From a virus, in IMG/VR virus record IMGVR_UViG_3300005253_000050, positions 1 through 64,000 of that record: a stretch of DNA of 64,000 nt, one strand, 5' to 3'. Below the pieces are notes generated by a model. That model made no database searches, was not told the DNA's origin, and saw only the letters and a program-made list of their open reading frames with translations. A program made the position numbers and the translations under genes. Shown here in pieces: positions 30,144-40,033 of the stretch; position 1 is the first letter of the stretch, and each line of letters starts with the position of its first letter.

Positions 30144-32818
30144 TGGCCAAGGATAAGAAGAAGACCAAGCGGGTGAAGCTGGGCGAGGGAATGAGCAAGC
30201 TGCGGAAGGGCGGGGTGAACTCCTCGCCGCCGGATGGAGCGGAGCCACCTCCGCCGCCGCCAGCGCAGCGGCGCCCACTGACCCGGGTCGACCCAGACAC
30301 GGCCGCGGCCATCAGTGAGCTAGTCGACTACGTGGCAGCTCCGGATGACGACGACGCCCGCGACCGCCTCATCCCTGGCCAGCCCACGGCGCCGTTCACC
30401 ATCGAGACGCTGGTGGGCATCGGCGAGGAGATCGAGAACGGCGTCGAGTACGTGGATGACCCGGGGTCGTGCTGCGGCAACTGCGAGTTGAGCGCCCTAT
30501 CCCATGATGGCTGTTGGCGCGACCTCTGCGACGCAACAGAGTGCAAGGACTTTGAGCCAAAGCAGCAGGAAACCTGCGATTGTCGCGACGGCTCGCCGAC
30601 ACAGGACAGCGGGGAGTGGCCTCGTCCGACCGAAGCAGACCTGAAGACCATCGCAAGGCGGGCCTGTAAACGATATGGCCACCCCTCCAAGTTCAATTCC
30701 GCTGGGTTCTCGCAGGCGTTCTCGGAACACCTTGGGCTGGCAAAGAAGGGCTTTGACGGTGGCTGGGTTTGGGCGATGCTGGACGGGCGTCCGTGGGTCA
30801 AGGGCCTGCCTGGTGAGTGTCATTGGCAACTGGTCGACGCACCTCCCAGCGCACCGGAACGCCCGTCCACCATCACGTCAGAGGACGTCAAAGAGGGCTT
30901 GGCACAGGGTGTGAAGGGTGCCGAGTACATGCGGGCCGAGCGCGGGCTAGCACCTCCCAGCGCACCGCAGACAACGCCTGCCGTGAACGAGGAGGGGCCA
31001 GCCGAAGACCCGGAACCGGTATGCAGCTTGTGTGGACGCAAGGGGAATCTATCCATGATGGGCAGTAAGTGGGTGTGCCTCTCGGCTGCGGTATGCGGTA
31101 CGGAGACGACACGGCTGCGCTGCAAGCCCGCCCCGCCCGTAGACGACAGCGGGACGGGGGAGAATTGCGAGGATTGCGGGTCCACAACAGGGCAGCACTT
31201 CACGCTCCATTGCAAGCCCACCCCGCCCGCGGTCGATCCCGTCGCGAAGGTCGACTACGTCCAGGTCGTCGATGTCTGCCCGGACTGCTCGGGGACTCTC
31301 GGCTGGTCGGACGATTTCCAGTATTGGTTGTGTGCCGACTGCCCCCGCAAGGGCACCCGTGAGGATCTTCATCCCACCAGCTGGATCACCTACTCCAAGC
31401 CCGTCCCTGGGGAGGAGGCGACCACCACCACCACGACGGTGGCCGACCTCAAGCCGTGCTGCCGAGCCCACCTTGAGGAGCAGGTCATGGACGCGGCCTT
31501 CTTCGCGCCGCTGAAGAAACAGACGCCGGCCCACGTCCGGGTGGGGGAGCTAAGGGAAGAAGTGGTGAAACTGAACATCATGCTCGAGCGCGGTGAGCGC
31601 ATCGAGGCGCAGTGCGCTGAGTTGGCTGCAAAGCTCACGGCAGCCAACGCGCAGACCGAGGCATCCAAGGCCGAGGTGGTCGGGGCGAGAGATAAATTAG
31701 CCCATGCGGAGGCCCTGCTGTATGCGGAGTCGGCGGGGCGGAACCGAGCCATCGACCAGGCTGATCAGCTCCGCACGTACGGCGCTGGCCAGCACGCCAA
31801 GGTGGACGAGCTGAAAGACCGTCTTCGCCTGGAGTACAATCGAGCCAACAGGCACTGGGACAAACAGTGCAAGGTGGAGCAGCAGGCCCGCCGCGCATCC
31901 GTGACGCTCGGCGCAGAGGTCCTCCGGTGGAAGAACAACACCGACACGGAGAGAGGGCGGCGGGTCGACGTCGAACATAGGGTCGAAACCGCCATCCAGT
32001 TCCTCATCAAGCAGATTGGAATTGTCGGCGGCGCGGAGGGAGTGGAGGCCGTCGCAGGCCGAGCGGCCATCGCGCTCAGTGCCAGGCAGCAACGAATCGG
32101 GGAGCTTCAGGACCAGGTGAACCGGCTGACCAATGATGTTGGAGCAATCCTCGACGAACGTACGGCGGACCTAGATGTGCAGATCGTGCGCATGACCCAG
32201 GCCCACGAGGAGGTTATCTCGGAACTCGGTGTCTCCCAGCAGGAAGTCGCAGACCTCCAGGGCTTGCTTGCGAACCACAACGAAGAGCGGGAGGGTCAAC
32301 TGGCTCTCGTTGAATCGCTTATGAGGCAACTCGATCGGTCGGTCCTTCGATCGGAGTGGACCTGTCCCCAGTGTGAGCAACCGTGCACGTGGGAGGATGA
32401 CCGCTGGCTCTGCAGCTCGGAGATGTGCGGGGCAAGCGGGACGCGGCCGAAGGACGACGAGGAGCAGCCAGTGTTCCACGGGAAGGGTTCGATCCCCTGC
32501 TCCAAGTGTGGGGCAACCTCTGCCGAGGCGACCCTGAGAAGCATCGGAAGGGTATGGTCCTGCTCGGACGAGAAGGCATGCATGGGGAGGTGGACGAGGA
32601 AGGACCAGCGTCCACCCGACATCCTCGACTGCTTCATGGCGAAGGGTGGCACCCCTGCATCCAGCGCCCGAGATTATCTCGTTGCCGTCCTCGAATCAGT
32701 CCGAGACATCGACGACGACGGCGCAGCGGAGTTCCTCGTCAAGGCCGTGACCAAGCTCGAGGAGCGGGTGGTCGAGCTGGAGAAGTATCGGACGGCTAAA
32801 AGAGGAGAACGACCATGA
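30143..32818 (+). CDS. large multi-Zn-ribbon / coiled-coil protein
   Basis: Many CxxC pairs flanking a long heptad-rich region. Confidence 0.65.
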   Translation: MAKDKKKTKRVKLGEGMSKLRKGGVNSSPPDGAEPPPPPPAQRRPLTRVDPDTAAAISELVDYVAAPDDDDARDRLIPGQPTAPFTIETLVGIGEEIENGVEYVDDPGSCCGNCELSALSHDGCWRDLCDATECKDFEPKQQETCDCRDGSPTQDSGEWPRPTEADLKTIARRACKRYGHPSKFNSAGFSQAFSEHLGLAKKGFDGGWVWAMLDGRPWVKGLPGECHWQLVDAPPSAPERPSTITSEDVKEGLAQGVKGAEYMRAERGLAPPSAPQTTPAVNEEGPAEDPEPVCSLCGRKGNLSMMGSKWVCLSAAVCGTETTRLRCKPAPPVDDSGTGENCEDCGSTTGQHFTLHCKPTPPAVDPVAKVDYVQVVDVCPDCSGTLGWSDDFQYWLCADCPRKGTREDLHPTSWITYSKPVPGEEATTTTTTVADLKPCCRAHLEEQVMDAAFFAPLKKQTPAHVRVGELREEVVKLNIMLERGERIEAQCAELAAKLTAANAQTEASKAEVVGARDKLAHAEALLYAESAGRNRAIDQADQLRTYGAGQHAKVDELKDRLRLEYNRANRHWDKQCKVEQQARRASVTLGAEVLRWKNNTDTERGRRVDVEHRVETAIQFLIKQIGIVGGAEGVEAVAGRAAIALSARQQRIGELQDQVNRLTNDVGAILDERTADLDVQIVRMTQAHEEVISELGVSQQEVADLQGLLANHNEEREGQLALVESLMRQLDRSVLRSEWTCPQCEQPCTWEDDRWLCSSEMCGASGTRPKDDEEQPVFHGKGSIPCSKCGATSAEATLRSIGRVWSCSDEKACMGRWTRKDQRPPDILDCFMAKGGTPASSARDYLVAVLESVRDIDDDGAAEFLVKAVTKLEERVVELEKYRTAKRGERP

Positions 32819-34045
32819 GTAGAAAGCACGACCTGCTCAAGCAGTTTGAGAGGGCCCTCCATGAAATCGACCCGTCCGCCAGGGTCATGGTGATGGAGGT
32901 GCTGCCGGGCTGGAATCTGGACGACAAGGAGAAGTCCGAGCCCGTCCACTTCAACCCGACCCAGTTGCAGCGCGTCAACGATTTCCTCGGGCCGAAGTAT
33001 GGAGTCGTGGAGACGTCCGAGACCCATCTCGCCAACCTGGCACAACGCAGCACGTCGCCGGGTAAGCTCACCCTCGCCACGATTCCGGTGTGTCCGGTGT
33101 GCGTGGTGGAGCTGGATGAAAACCAGGCATCATCCACCTGCCCGAAGTGCGGCGAGAGGCTGTCGAGCGGAGCAGGGGAGTTCGGCCACGCCTACGACTC
33201 CTCCAGCATCACGGGAGTGGCCGACGCACTGAAGGCGGCCGCCGAGCCAGACCACGGCAACTGCGGCGACTGGGTTAGAGTCAGCCGGTTCTGGTTGCGT
33301 AGACTCGCCGACAATCTGAAAGGGAAGCCATGAACGACTCACCCGCCACCCACACCGGCACCATGACCTGGCCCCTGGATTCGATGAACGGCCCAGAGGG
33401 CGAGCGCCTAATCCAGCTGCGTGAGTGCGAGTACGGTTGGATGGGCGACGGCTTCCGATGGAAGGCGGACGGCAGCGCTCCGCGGGCGCTCGTCACCGAC
33501 GGCAAGTGGATCGAAACCTACTTTGGGCTGAGAGTGAATTCTATCCGACCCCGACCGGTTGAAGAGCTGAGGGAGTTTTATCAGAGGGCGGTGGACCACT
33601 CGGCAACGCAACTGGGGCAACTAGGCCAGGAGCAGGCCTCGCTCAACCGGGTGCTCGCCATCGTCCACAAGGAGCAGGTCTTGGCCCTCGCTGCGCTGGG
33701 AGCATTTGACGAGGAGCACGGCACAGGAGGAGAAACATGAGCAAGCTCACGCGGGCAACGGTGCCGATGTGTGGTAAGTGCGAAGGCGAAATGATCGAAA
33801 ACGTCGCCAAACGAGGCTCGTTTGTATATCGGTGCCTAGTCTGTGGAGATAACACCTATGGCCCTCGTTACTGGGGCTACTACCCGGTCGACGTCGCGGG
33901 AGTGGTGACCGACCTCAGATTCATCGCGAAATCGTGGCGGGAGATGGGGCAGGAGGACACGGCAGACCACTACGACGGCATGGCCGACCGGCTTGAAGGC
34001 AAGGATGCGGAGGCAAACCATGAACGACCTCAGCCAACTTCGTAA
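32815..34045 (+). CDS. three hypothetical genes (32815-33333, 33330-33740, 33737-34045)
   Basis: ATGA coupling. Confidence 0.6.
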
Positions 34046-34391
34046 AGTCGCGCCGCGGATACTAGGCCCGGACTGGGAGGAGATTATCCCGTGTCCCACC
34101 GTCGGCGCCATGGCCTGGAGCTGTGCGAACGGGCTGGTCGTTATCGCCTCGGTTGGAATCGAGTCCGACGGGCACAGCTGGTTCCATGTGAGCACGTCCA
34201 GAGCGGGTAGGCTCCCCAATTGGAGGGACCTCCAGTATGTGAAGGACACCTTCATCGGCCGCGACCGAAAAGCTATCCAAATCCTACCGGCGTCGGCCGA
34301 GCACGTAAATCTCCACCCGTTCTGCCTCCACCTCTGGTGTTGCTTGGACGGGGACGTGCTGCCGGACTTCCGGGTGGACGGGGATATTTAG
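34020..34391 (+). CDS. conserved phage protein (DUF7694-like)
   Basis: HVSTSR...PNWRDLQYVKD...HVNLHPFCLHLW. Confidence 0.7.
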   Translation: MNDLSQLRKVAPRILGPDWEEIIPCPTVGAMAWSCANGLVVIASVGIESDGHSWFHVSTSRAGRLPNWRDLQYVKDTFIGRDRKAIQILPASAEHVNLHPFCLHLWCCLDGDVLPDFRVDGDI

Positions 34392-34393
34392 CG

Positions 34394-35357
34394 ATGGCGA
34401 AGATGAGTAGCAAGAACGTCCCACCAACGAACTACGAGCCCCGCCCAATTTGTTGTGAGCGGCACTGCGACGGGCGACAACTCGAGCCCGACTCCTGGGA
34501 GGTGGTGAAAAACTCGGTGGCGGACGCAGTCCTCCAGGTTAACCTCGCCGAGCCGAAGTCTGGTTATAAGGTCCGGGCCTACGCTCCTTTTCCAGTGCCT
34601 GTCTGGGTCTGCACGAAGTGCGGGAGAGTTGAGAAACCCACCGATGCGTTGGCCTGGGCCGCCGCTTTTGTCGCCCAAGGCGGCCGGAGCCCACGCCCTG
34701 GTCACTCCCACCAGGAGGACAAATGACCATCCTCGTCGAAACAACCCCAGCCGAACGTGAATCTTGGGCCGCACTCGATTCGGTCCCAGATGAAGATGGG
34801 CTGCAGCGACTAATCAGCGATGCAGCTCGAGCTGCGGAGTTCGAGGGTGTTATGAATCGGGTGCGGGGCTTGTTAGATAACGCTGGGAATGAGTCCCTCG
34901 TCGGGCGCCGCAGTTCCACAGCCCGCCAGTGTTCCAGGTGCGGGGCATCCGGGGCCGGTTCACAGTTTGTGTGGAGCAGGTACCCGGACGAGCCACACTT
35001 CGCCTGGCACTGCGAGGACGAGAGCGGCTGTGCAGGCCGGGCCAAGAAGGAGACGGGATGAGTGCGCGGAGTTACTTCAGGGGCCACCCGATCATCCGTC
35101 TCTTCGGGCGCTGGGTCTATGAGGACAACGGTGCCTCTTTGCCGGCTGATGGCGGAGACACCCGCCCGTGTGCTCGGTGTGGCCAGCAGACGCCCCTCGG
35201 CGAGGGTGAGGTGGATCCATGCCTTGGGGCCCTCCCTGGAGTAGATAACGCTTGCTGTGGGCATGGCGTGCCCAGTGAGGCTTACATCCGCTTCACGAAC
35301 GGAGTGGTCGTCAGGGGCTTCACCGTGGAGTACGGGGAAGCGACGGAGCCAGAATGA
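34394..35357 (+). CDS. three hypothetical genes (34394-34726, 34723-35061, 35058-35357)
   Basis: Coupled ORFs; the last has DPCLGALPGV.NACCGHG. Confidence 0.6.
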
Positions 35358-36916
35358 TTCTCCAGGGCGACTCCACCTCCCTCCCACTCGCAGACTCATC
35401 TGTGGACGCCGTCGTAACTGACCCGCCGTACGGTCTAGAGTTCATGGGAAAGGACTGGGACCGAGCGGTGCCACCCGTCGCCATCTGGAAAGAAGTCCTC
35501 CGCGTCATGAAGCCAGGCGCCTTCGCCGCCATCCTATGCTCGCCCCGCCAGGACCTACAGTCCCGGATGATAGTGAATTTCGAAGGCGCGGGCTTTTGTA
35601 CCGGGTTCACCTCAATCATGTGGACCTACGCAACAGGCTTTCCGAAGGCTGGAAATTTGTCCAAGCTCGCAGACCGACGTCGGAGAGACGATGTAAGGCC
35701 AGTCTGTAGATTCCTGCGTCGGCGAATCGAGGAACTCGGCGTGCACATCAAGACGATTGCGGCCGAGTTCGGGTTTCATCCCCGCATGGTTGAGCACTGG
35801 GCAGCAAGAGACACCGACAGCCAGCCAACGGTGCCCACCTGGGACCAGTGGCTGCAGCTCAAGGGACTACTCGGGTTCGGGGACAAGATGGACGACGAGG
35901 TCGCACGGCTGAACCACCGCAAGGGCACCCTCGGTGACGCGTGGCACGAGAGAGAGGTGATAGGTGAGCGTGCACCAACGGGCCCTTCTTGGTTCGCCGA
36001 GAATGACCAGCGGATCACCGCCCCATCCACCCCCGAAGCTAGGGAGCTCGAAGGCGCCTACGCCGGCTTTCAGCCCAAGCCCGCGTTTGAACCCGTGCTG
36101 ATCGTCATGAAGCCGCTTACAGAAAAGACCTATCTCGATCAAGCGCTGGCCAATGGCAAGGGTTGTTCTTGGCTCGACGACGCGCGGATCCCGACTGATA
36201 CACTCGCAAGCGGCGGCAAGCCGACGGCAACCAATAATCCATGCTTCGCGAGCAAGGGCAACAATCCATGCACGACACGCGCTGCGCCGCACGACGCCGG
36301 CCGCTTCCCCGCCAACGTCCTATGCTGCGACGACGCGCTCAACGATGGGAGGGTGAGCGGTGGTGGGCAGCGTATTGTCGGCGGAACCAATCGCACTGTT
36401 ACAAAACACATTGGACAAATGAGCGAACAGCCACGGACTGACGCGGTGGTGAATATCGGCGACGCCGGCTCATACTCCCGGTACTTCGACCTGGATCAGT
36501 GGTGGGTAGACAGGATCGCGCGGCTGCCCGAATCGGTGCAGCGCGTGTTCCCGTGGCTCATTGTGCCGAAGCCTAGCAAGAGGGAGAAAAACGCGGGGCT
36601 GGAAGAGCAGGGGAATCATCACGTCTCGGTCAAGCCCGTCCGACTCATGTCTTACCTGGTCACGTTGTTTTCACGAGTGGGCGAGGTCGTGCTCGACCCG
36701 TTCGTTGGGAGCGGGTCCACAGGGGTGGCTGCTGAAATCATGGCCCGGCGGTTTGTTGGCGTAGAGCTCGACCATGAGTACGCCGAGCTGGCTGAGAGGC
36801 GTGAGCGCTTCGCAGCGGCAAGGGACTGCGGGACCATGGCGTTCGAGCTGCAGCCATTGGCGACGGCGGGAGCGCCGGACCCAAACCAGGGCGACTTGTT
36901 CGGGGAGGATAGCTGA
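35354..36916 (+). CDS. N6/N4 DNA methyltransferase (beta class) with an internal HTH
   Basis: VTDPPY, GFPK, KPAFEP, GRFPAN, HVSVKP, VLDPFVGSGSTG. Confidence 0.92.
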   Translation: MILQGDSTSLPLADSSVDAVVTDPPYGLEFMGKDWDRAVPPVAIWKEVLRVMKPGAFAAILCSPRQDLQSRMIVNFEGAGFCTGFTSIMWTYATGFPKAGNLSKLADRRRRDDVRPVCRFLRRRIEELGVHIKTIAAEFGFHPRMVEHWAARDTDSQPTVPTWDQWLQLKGLLGFGDKMDDEVARLNHRKGTLGDAWHEREVIGERAPTGPSWFAENDQRITAPSTPEARELEGAYAGFQPKPAFEPVLIVMKPLTEKTYLDQALANGKGCSWLDDARIPTDTLASGGKPTATNNPCFASKGNNPCTTRAAPHDAGRFPANVLCCDDALNDGRVSGGGQRIVGGTNRTVTKHIGQMSEQPRTDAVVNIGDAGSYSRYFDLDQWWVDRIARLPESVQRVFPWLIVPKPSKREKNAGLEEQGNHHVSVKPVRLMSYLVTLFSRVGEVVLDPFVGSGSTGVAAEIMARRFVGVELDHEYAELAERRERFAAARDCGTMAFELQPLATAGAPDPNQGDLFGEDS

Positions 36917-37058
36917 TGATTCCTTGGGGATTACAATTGAGCCGGGCGGAAACCCGAAGTATGTCCAGTCACTTGGAACCAATTGTAAAAGAATGTCAGA
37001 GATTGTGGCGAATTGTCGCCAATTGTAAAAACACTGGTTGAACCAGGGAAAAACTAGG

Positions 37059-37442
37059 ATGCTCTCGTACCTCATCGGCGCCGGCCAGAAGACCCACATC
37101 ATCGACGAAACCACCCGCGGTGGTGAACTCGGCCCAGGGACTACCCTGTGCGGCCGGCCGGTGCGCGGTGGGTCCGTCGAGGAGTCCGAGCGGATCCCGG
37201 GCTGCTCCATCTGCGCTCGGGTGCTCCGGAAGATGCAACGGGAGTTCGACGCCAGGTCCGAGCCCCTCAAGTCGGCCCCGATGCCGCTGGTGAACGACCG
37301 CGACTTCCTGTGCCCGATATGCCGGGAGCCGCTGAGGCTTGCTGCCAAGAGGCACTCATTCCCAACGCAGCGCGTCAACACCGTCCGGGTGACGATGATG
37401 CTCATCTGCAACAACGAGCCCGGGCACGGAGAAGAGCCATGA
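37059..37442 (+). CDS. Cys-rich hypothetical protein
   Basis: TLCG...CSIC...CPIC. Confidence 0.55.
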   Translation: MLSYLIGAGQKTHIIDETTRGGELGPGTTLCGRPVRGGSVEESERIPGCSICARVLRKMQREFDARSEPLKSAPMPLVNDRDFLCPICREPLRLAAKRHSFPTQRVNTVRVTMMLICNNEPGHGEEP

Positions 37443-37750
37443 CGGATTTCGAGGCGCTCGGGACCAAGCTCGGGAGGCTGGTCACGAAGAAGCGGGCCGC
37501 GTACGGCAACAGCCATGAGAAGAGCGGTGAGGTGCTCGCCATCCTCTACCCCGGTGGTGTGCAGCCGGACCAGTACGGCGACATGCTCACGGTAGCCAGG
37601 GTGCTTGACAAGCTGTTCAGGGTGGCCACTGACCGGGGCGCCTATGGCGAGAGCCCGTGGAAGGATGTCGCTGGCTATGGCCTCCTTGGGTGGGCCGCTG
37701 CAGAACGCCGGGTCGTGAAGTGTGGTGATGGGGCCGGGAGCCAGCGGTGA
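37439..37750 (+). CDS. nucleotide-modification-associated (Nmad1/DUF1599-like) helical protein
   Basis: KRAAYGNS...DKLFR...ESPWKDVAGYGLL. Confidence 0.65.
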   Translation: MTDFEALGTKLGRLVTKKRAAYGNSHEKSGEVLAILYPGGVQPDQYGDMLTVARVLDKLFRVATDRGAYGESPWKDVAGYGLLGWAAAERRVVKCGDGAGSQR

Positions 37751-38101
37751 TGGGGGTAGGCTGCAAGAACTCGGTGACGGTGGCATCGGTGGTCGCAGAA
37801 ACCGCCCTCGTCGCTTACAGTGCGAATGACGGCGATCTAGCCAAAGGAGAAGGCAATGGGCACGACACGAGACGAGATCGAGCGACCGAGGGGCCAAAGA
37901 TGAGTCGCTCGGAAGCCTCGCGGGCGCGCGCGCGGTTTGTTAATATCAAGATCTTCCTTCTCTCTTGCTCCCCTCTTACTCTTCTCAAGAGGCTTGTGAG
38001 GGATAAGAAAGATCTTACGTGCATGCGCGCAGGCCCGCATACGAGGGGCCACCTCTTTTTTCTCCTCCGCCTTCCCCTCTTGTCCGCCTCCGAGGTGATC
38101 C

Positions 38102-38941
38102 ATGCCGGCTCCTAGACTCGACCAGGCAACCATCGAGAGAATGCTGCTCGCCTACATCAAGGACCCCAACACGACCTATGTCGCCAAGGCCTGCAACGTC
38201 TCCTGGGAGACCGCGAAGAAGTACATCCAGCACGGTGCCCCCACGCTCGGCATCGGACCCTTCGCCACCGAGGCCCGTCGCATCCTGCGCAACGGCGACA
38301 AGATCGTGCGGCTCACCGAGGTCACCAAGGAGATCCGCTACAAGGTTGAGGAGCGGGACCTCGCCGGGCTCCAGGATATGCTCTTCGAGTTCGAGGCCAC
38401 CATCCACGAGTGCATCGGCCTGGTCAAAGCCCGAGCCACCCGAGAGAAGGAATACTTCGCCAAGTGCGACGATATGCGCGCCAACGAGACGCCCGAGGAC
38501 ATGATCGCCAAGGTGAAAGTGCCTAGGGCGATGAACATGAATGATCTTCGTGGCTTGGCCCAGGCCCTCCACGAGCTCGACGGGATGAAAAGGCAGTTCT
38601 GGGACCGCCTGGAAATCGTCCGGCGCACTACGGTGGAGTCCACGGTGTCGGCCGGCGACGGCCCGGTCGCCGAGGGCATTGCTGTCGCCTCCCCTCCACC
38701 GCTGGACCTCTCCGCCTGGCAACCATATGAAATCGCTGCTTATGTTGACTCCATCGATGAGGGACTTGACCCCGTCTATCCAGCGTGGATGACCGTCGTC
38801 GGCCCCGGAGTCCAGCTGGAACGCGTGCACAACGGCGCAAACGTTATTCCGGACAAGAAGGGTCTGGATAATAGTGGACAAGATCGCTCCGTAATGTTCC
38901 CTCCGGCCGCCGATGATCCAAAATCTGACGAGGGTGATTGA
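38102..38941 (+). CDS. HTH protein, possible terminase small subunit
   Basis: N-terminal HTH (TYVAKACNVSWETAKKYI), helical core, DLSAW-type tail. Confidence 0.5.
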   Translation: MPAPRLDQATIERMLLAYIKDPNTTYVAKACNVSWETAKKYIQHGAPTLGIGPFATEARRILRNGDKIVRLTEVTKEIRYKVEERDLAGLQDMLFEFEATIHECIGLVKARATREKEYFAKCDDMRANETPEDMIAKVKVPRAMNMNDLRGLAQALHELDGMKRQFWDRLEIVRRTTVESTVSAGDGPVAEGIAVASPPPLDLSAWQPYEIAAYVDSIDEGLDPVYPAWMTVVGPGVQLERVHNGANVIPDKKGLDNSGQDRSVMFPPAADDPKSDEGD

Positions 38942-39247
38942 TAGAGGTTGATGACATCGTTCATTTATTCCTGTTACCAGGGTGTGGGCTGGTAACAAAA
39001 GACCTCGGCCGGACTCCTGGCGGCACTTTTTCCTTGCATCGCGCTGGCTTCTGTGGCAAAGATAACAGACACACGAGGACGCCGCCATGGGAGCCAAGAG
39101 AATGATGGGTGATTACACGGACTTGTACGCTGCTGGTGTTGCTGGTGGACCCGGGGGAGGGGGGTTAACGTTTCCGACCTTCTTCGTCTGGAAAGCATGC
39201 CTAGCAGGGTGCGGTATAGGTACACAATATATAAAAAGGTCGAGGCC

Positions 39248-40033
39248 TTGAAGGTTGTCGGATACATTAGGGTCTCGACAGAAGACCAAGCCAGAGAGGG
39301 AGTCTCACTCGAAAACCAGATTTCGAGGCTCCGCTCATACTGCAGCCTCCACGGCCATGAGCTCGTCGCCGTCTATGAGGACCGCGGCGCCTCTGGCAAG
39401 GATCTCTCCCGCTTGGGAGCCCAGGCCGCCTTTGCCGCTCTCGAGCGCGGCGACGCCGAGGGGCTGTTGGTCACTCACCTCGACCGCCTCTCCCGCAGCC
39501 TCCGCGACTTCCTTTATTTGGTCGACACCCATTTCGGCCCCGGGTGCAGGTTCTCGCTGCTCTGCATCGACAACCAGCTGGACACGAGCACGCCCACCGG
39601 CCGGATGATCGCCTCGGTGCTGGCGACCGTGGCCCAGTGGCAGCGCGAGGAGGACGTGGAGCGCGTCAGGCGGGCTATGGCTCACAAGAAGGCCAAGGGC
39701 GAGCGCGTGGGTTCCGTGCCCTGGGGGTACCGTCTCGCCGGCGACGGCCGCACCCTCACCCCGCACTCGGAGGAGCTGCGGGTCATGATGACGGCCCTCG
39801 ACATGCGTCGTCGTGGGATGACCCTCCGAGCCATCGCCGACAAGCTCAAGGAGCTCGGCCACCGCAACCGGCGCCGCTCGACCACGTGGAACGCGAAGAC
39901 CATCTCTCGCATCATCAAGGCCGCCGAGGCATACGAGGCATCCCCCGAGAGGCAGTGGGTGGACGAGGACGCCGCGCTGGCCGCGGAGGCCGCCGCCGGC
40001 CTCCGCCCCGACGACAAGGAGCAAAAACCGTGA
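39248..40033 (+). CDS. serine recombinase (resolvase plus recombinase domain)
   Basis: GYIRVST (catalytic Ser), SGK...R, LDRLSRS, DTSTPTGR, PWGY. Confidence 0.92.
   Translation: MKVVGYIRVSTEDQAREGVSLENQISRLRSYCSLHGHELVAVYEDRGASGKDLSRLGAQAAFAALERGDAEGLLVTHLDRLSRSLRDFLYLVDTHFGPGCRFSLLCIDNQLDTSTPTGRMIASVLATVAQWQREEDVERVRRAMAHKKAKGERVGSVPWGYRLAGDGRTLTPHSEELRVMMTALDMRRRGMTLRAIADKLKELGHRNRRRSTTWNAKTISRIIKAAEAYEASPERQWVDEDAALAAEAAAGLRPDDKEQKP

Noticed and set aside
36931-37030. CAATTGTAA repeats as an operator
   Set aside because: Only short copies in an AT-rich gap; not enough to assign a function
39248-40033. IS607 transposase or full large serine integrase
   Set aside because: No N-terminal MerR-like HTH or tnpB, and it lacks the Zn-ribbon/coiled-coil C-terminus; no att pair identified
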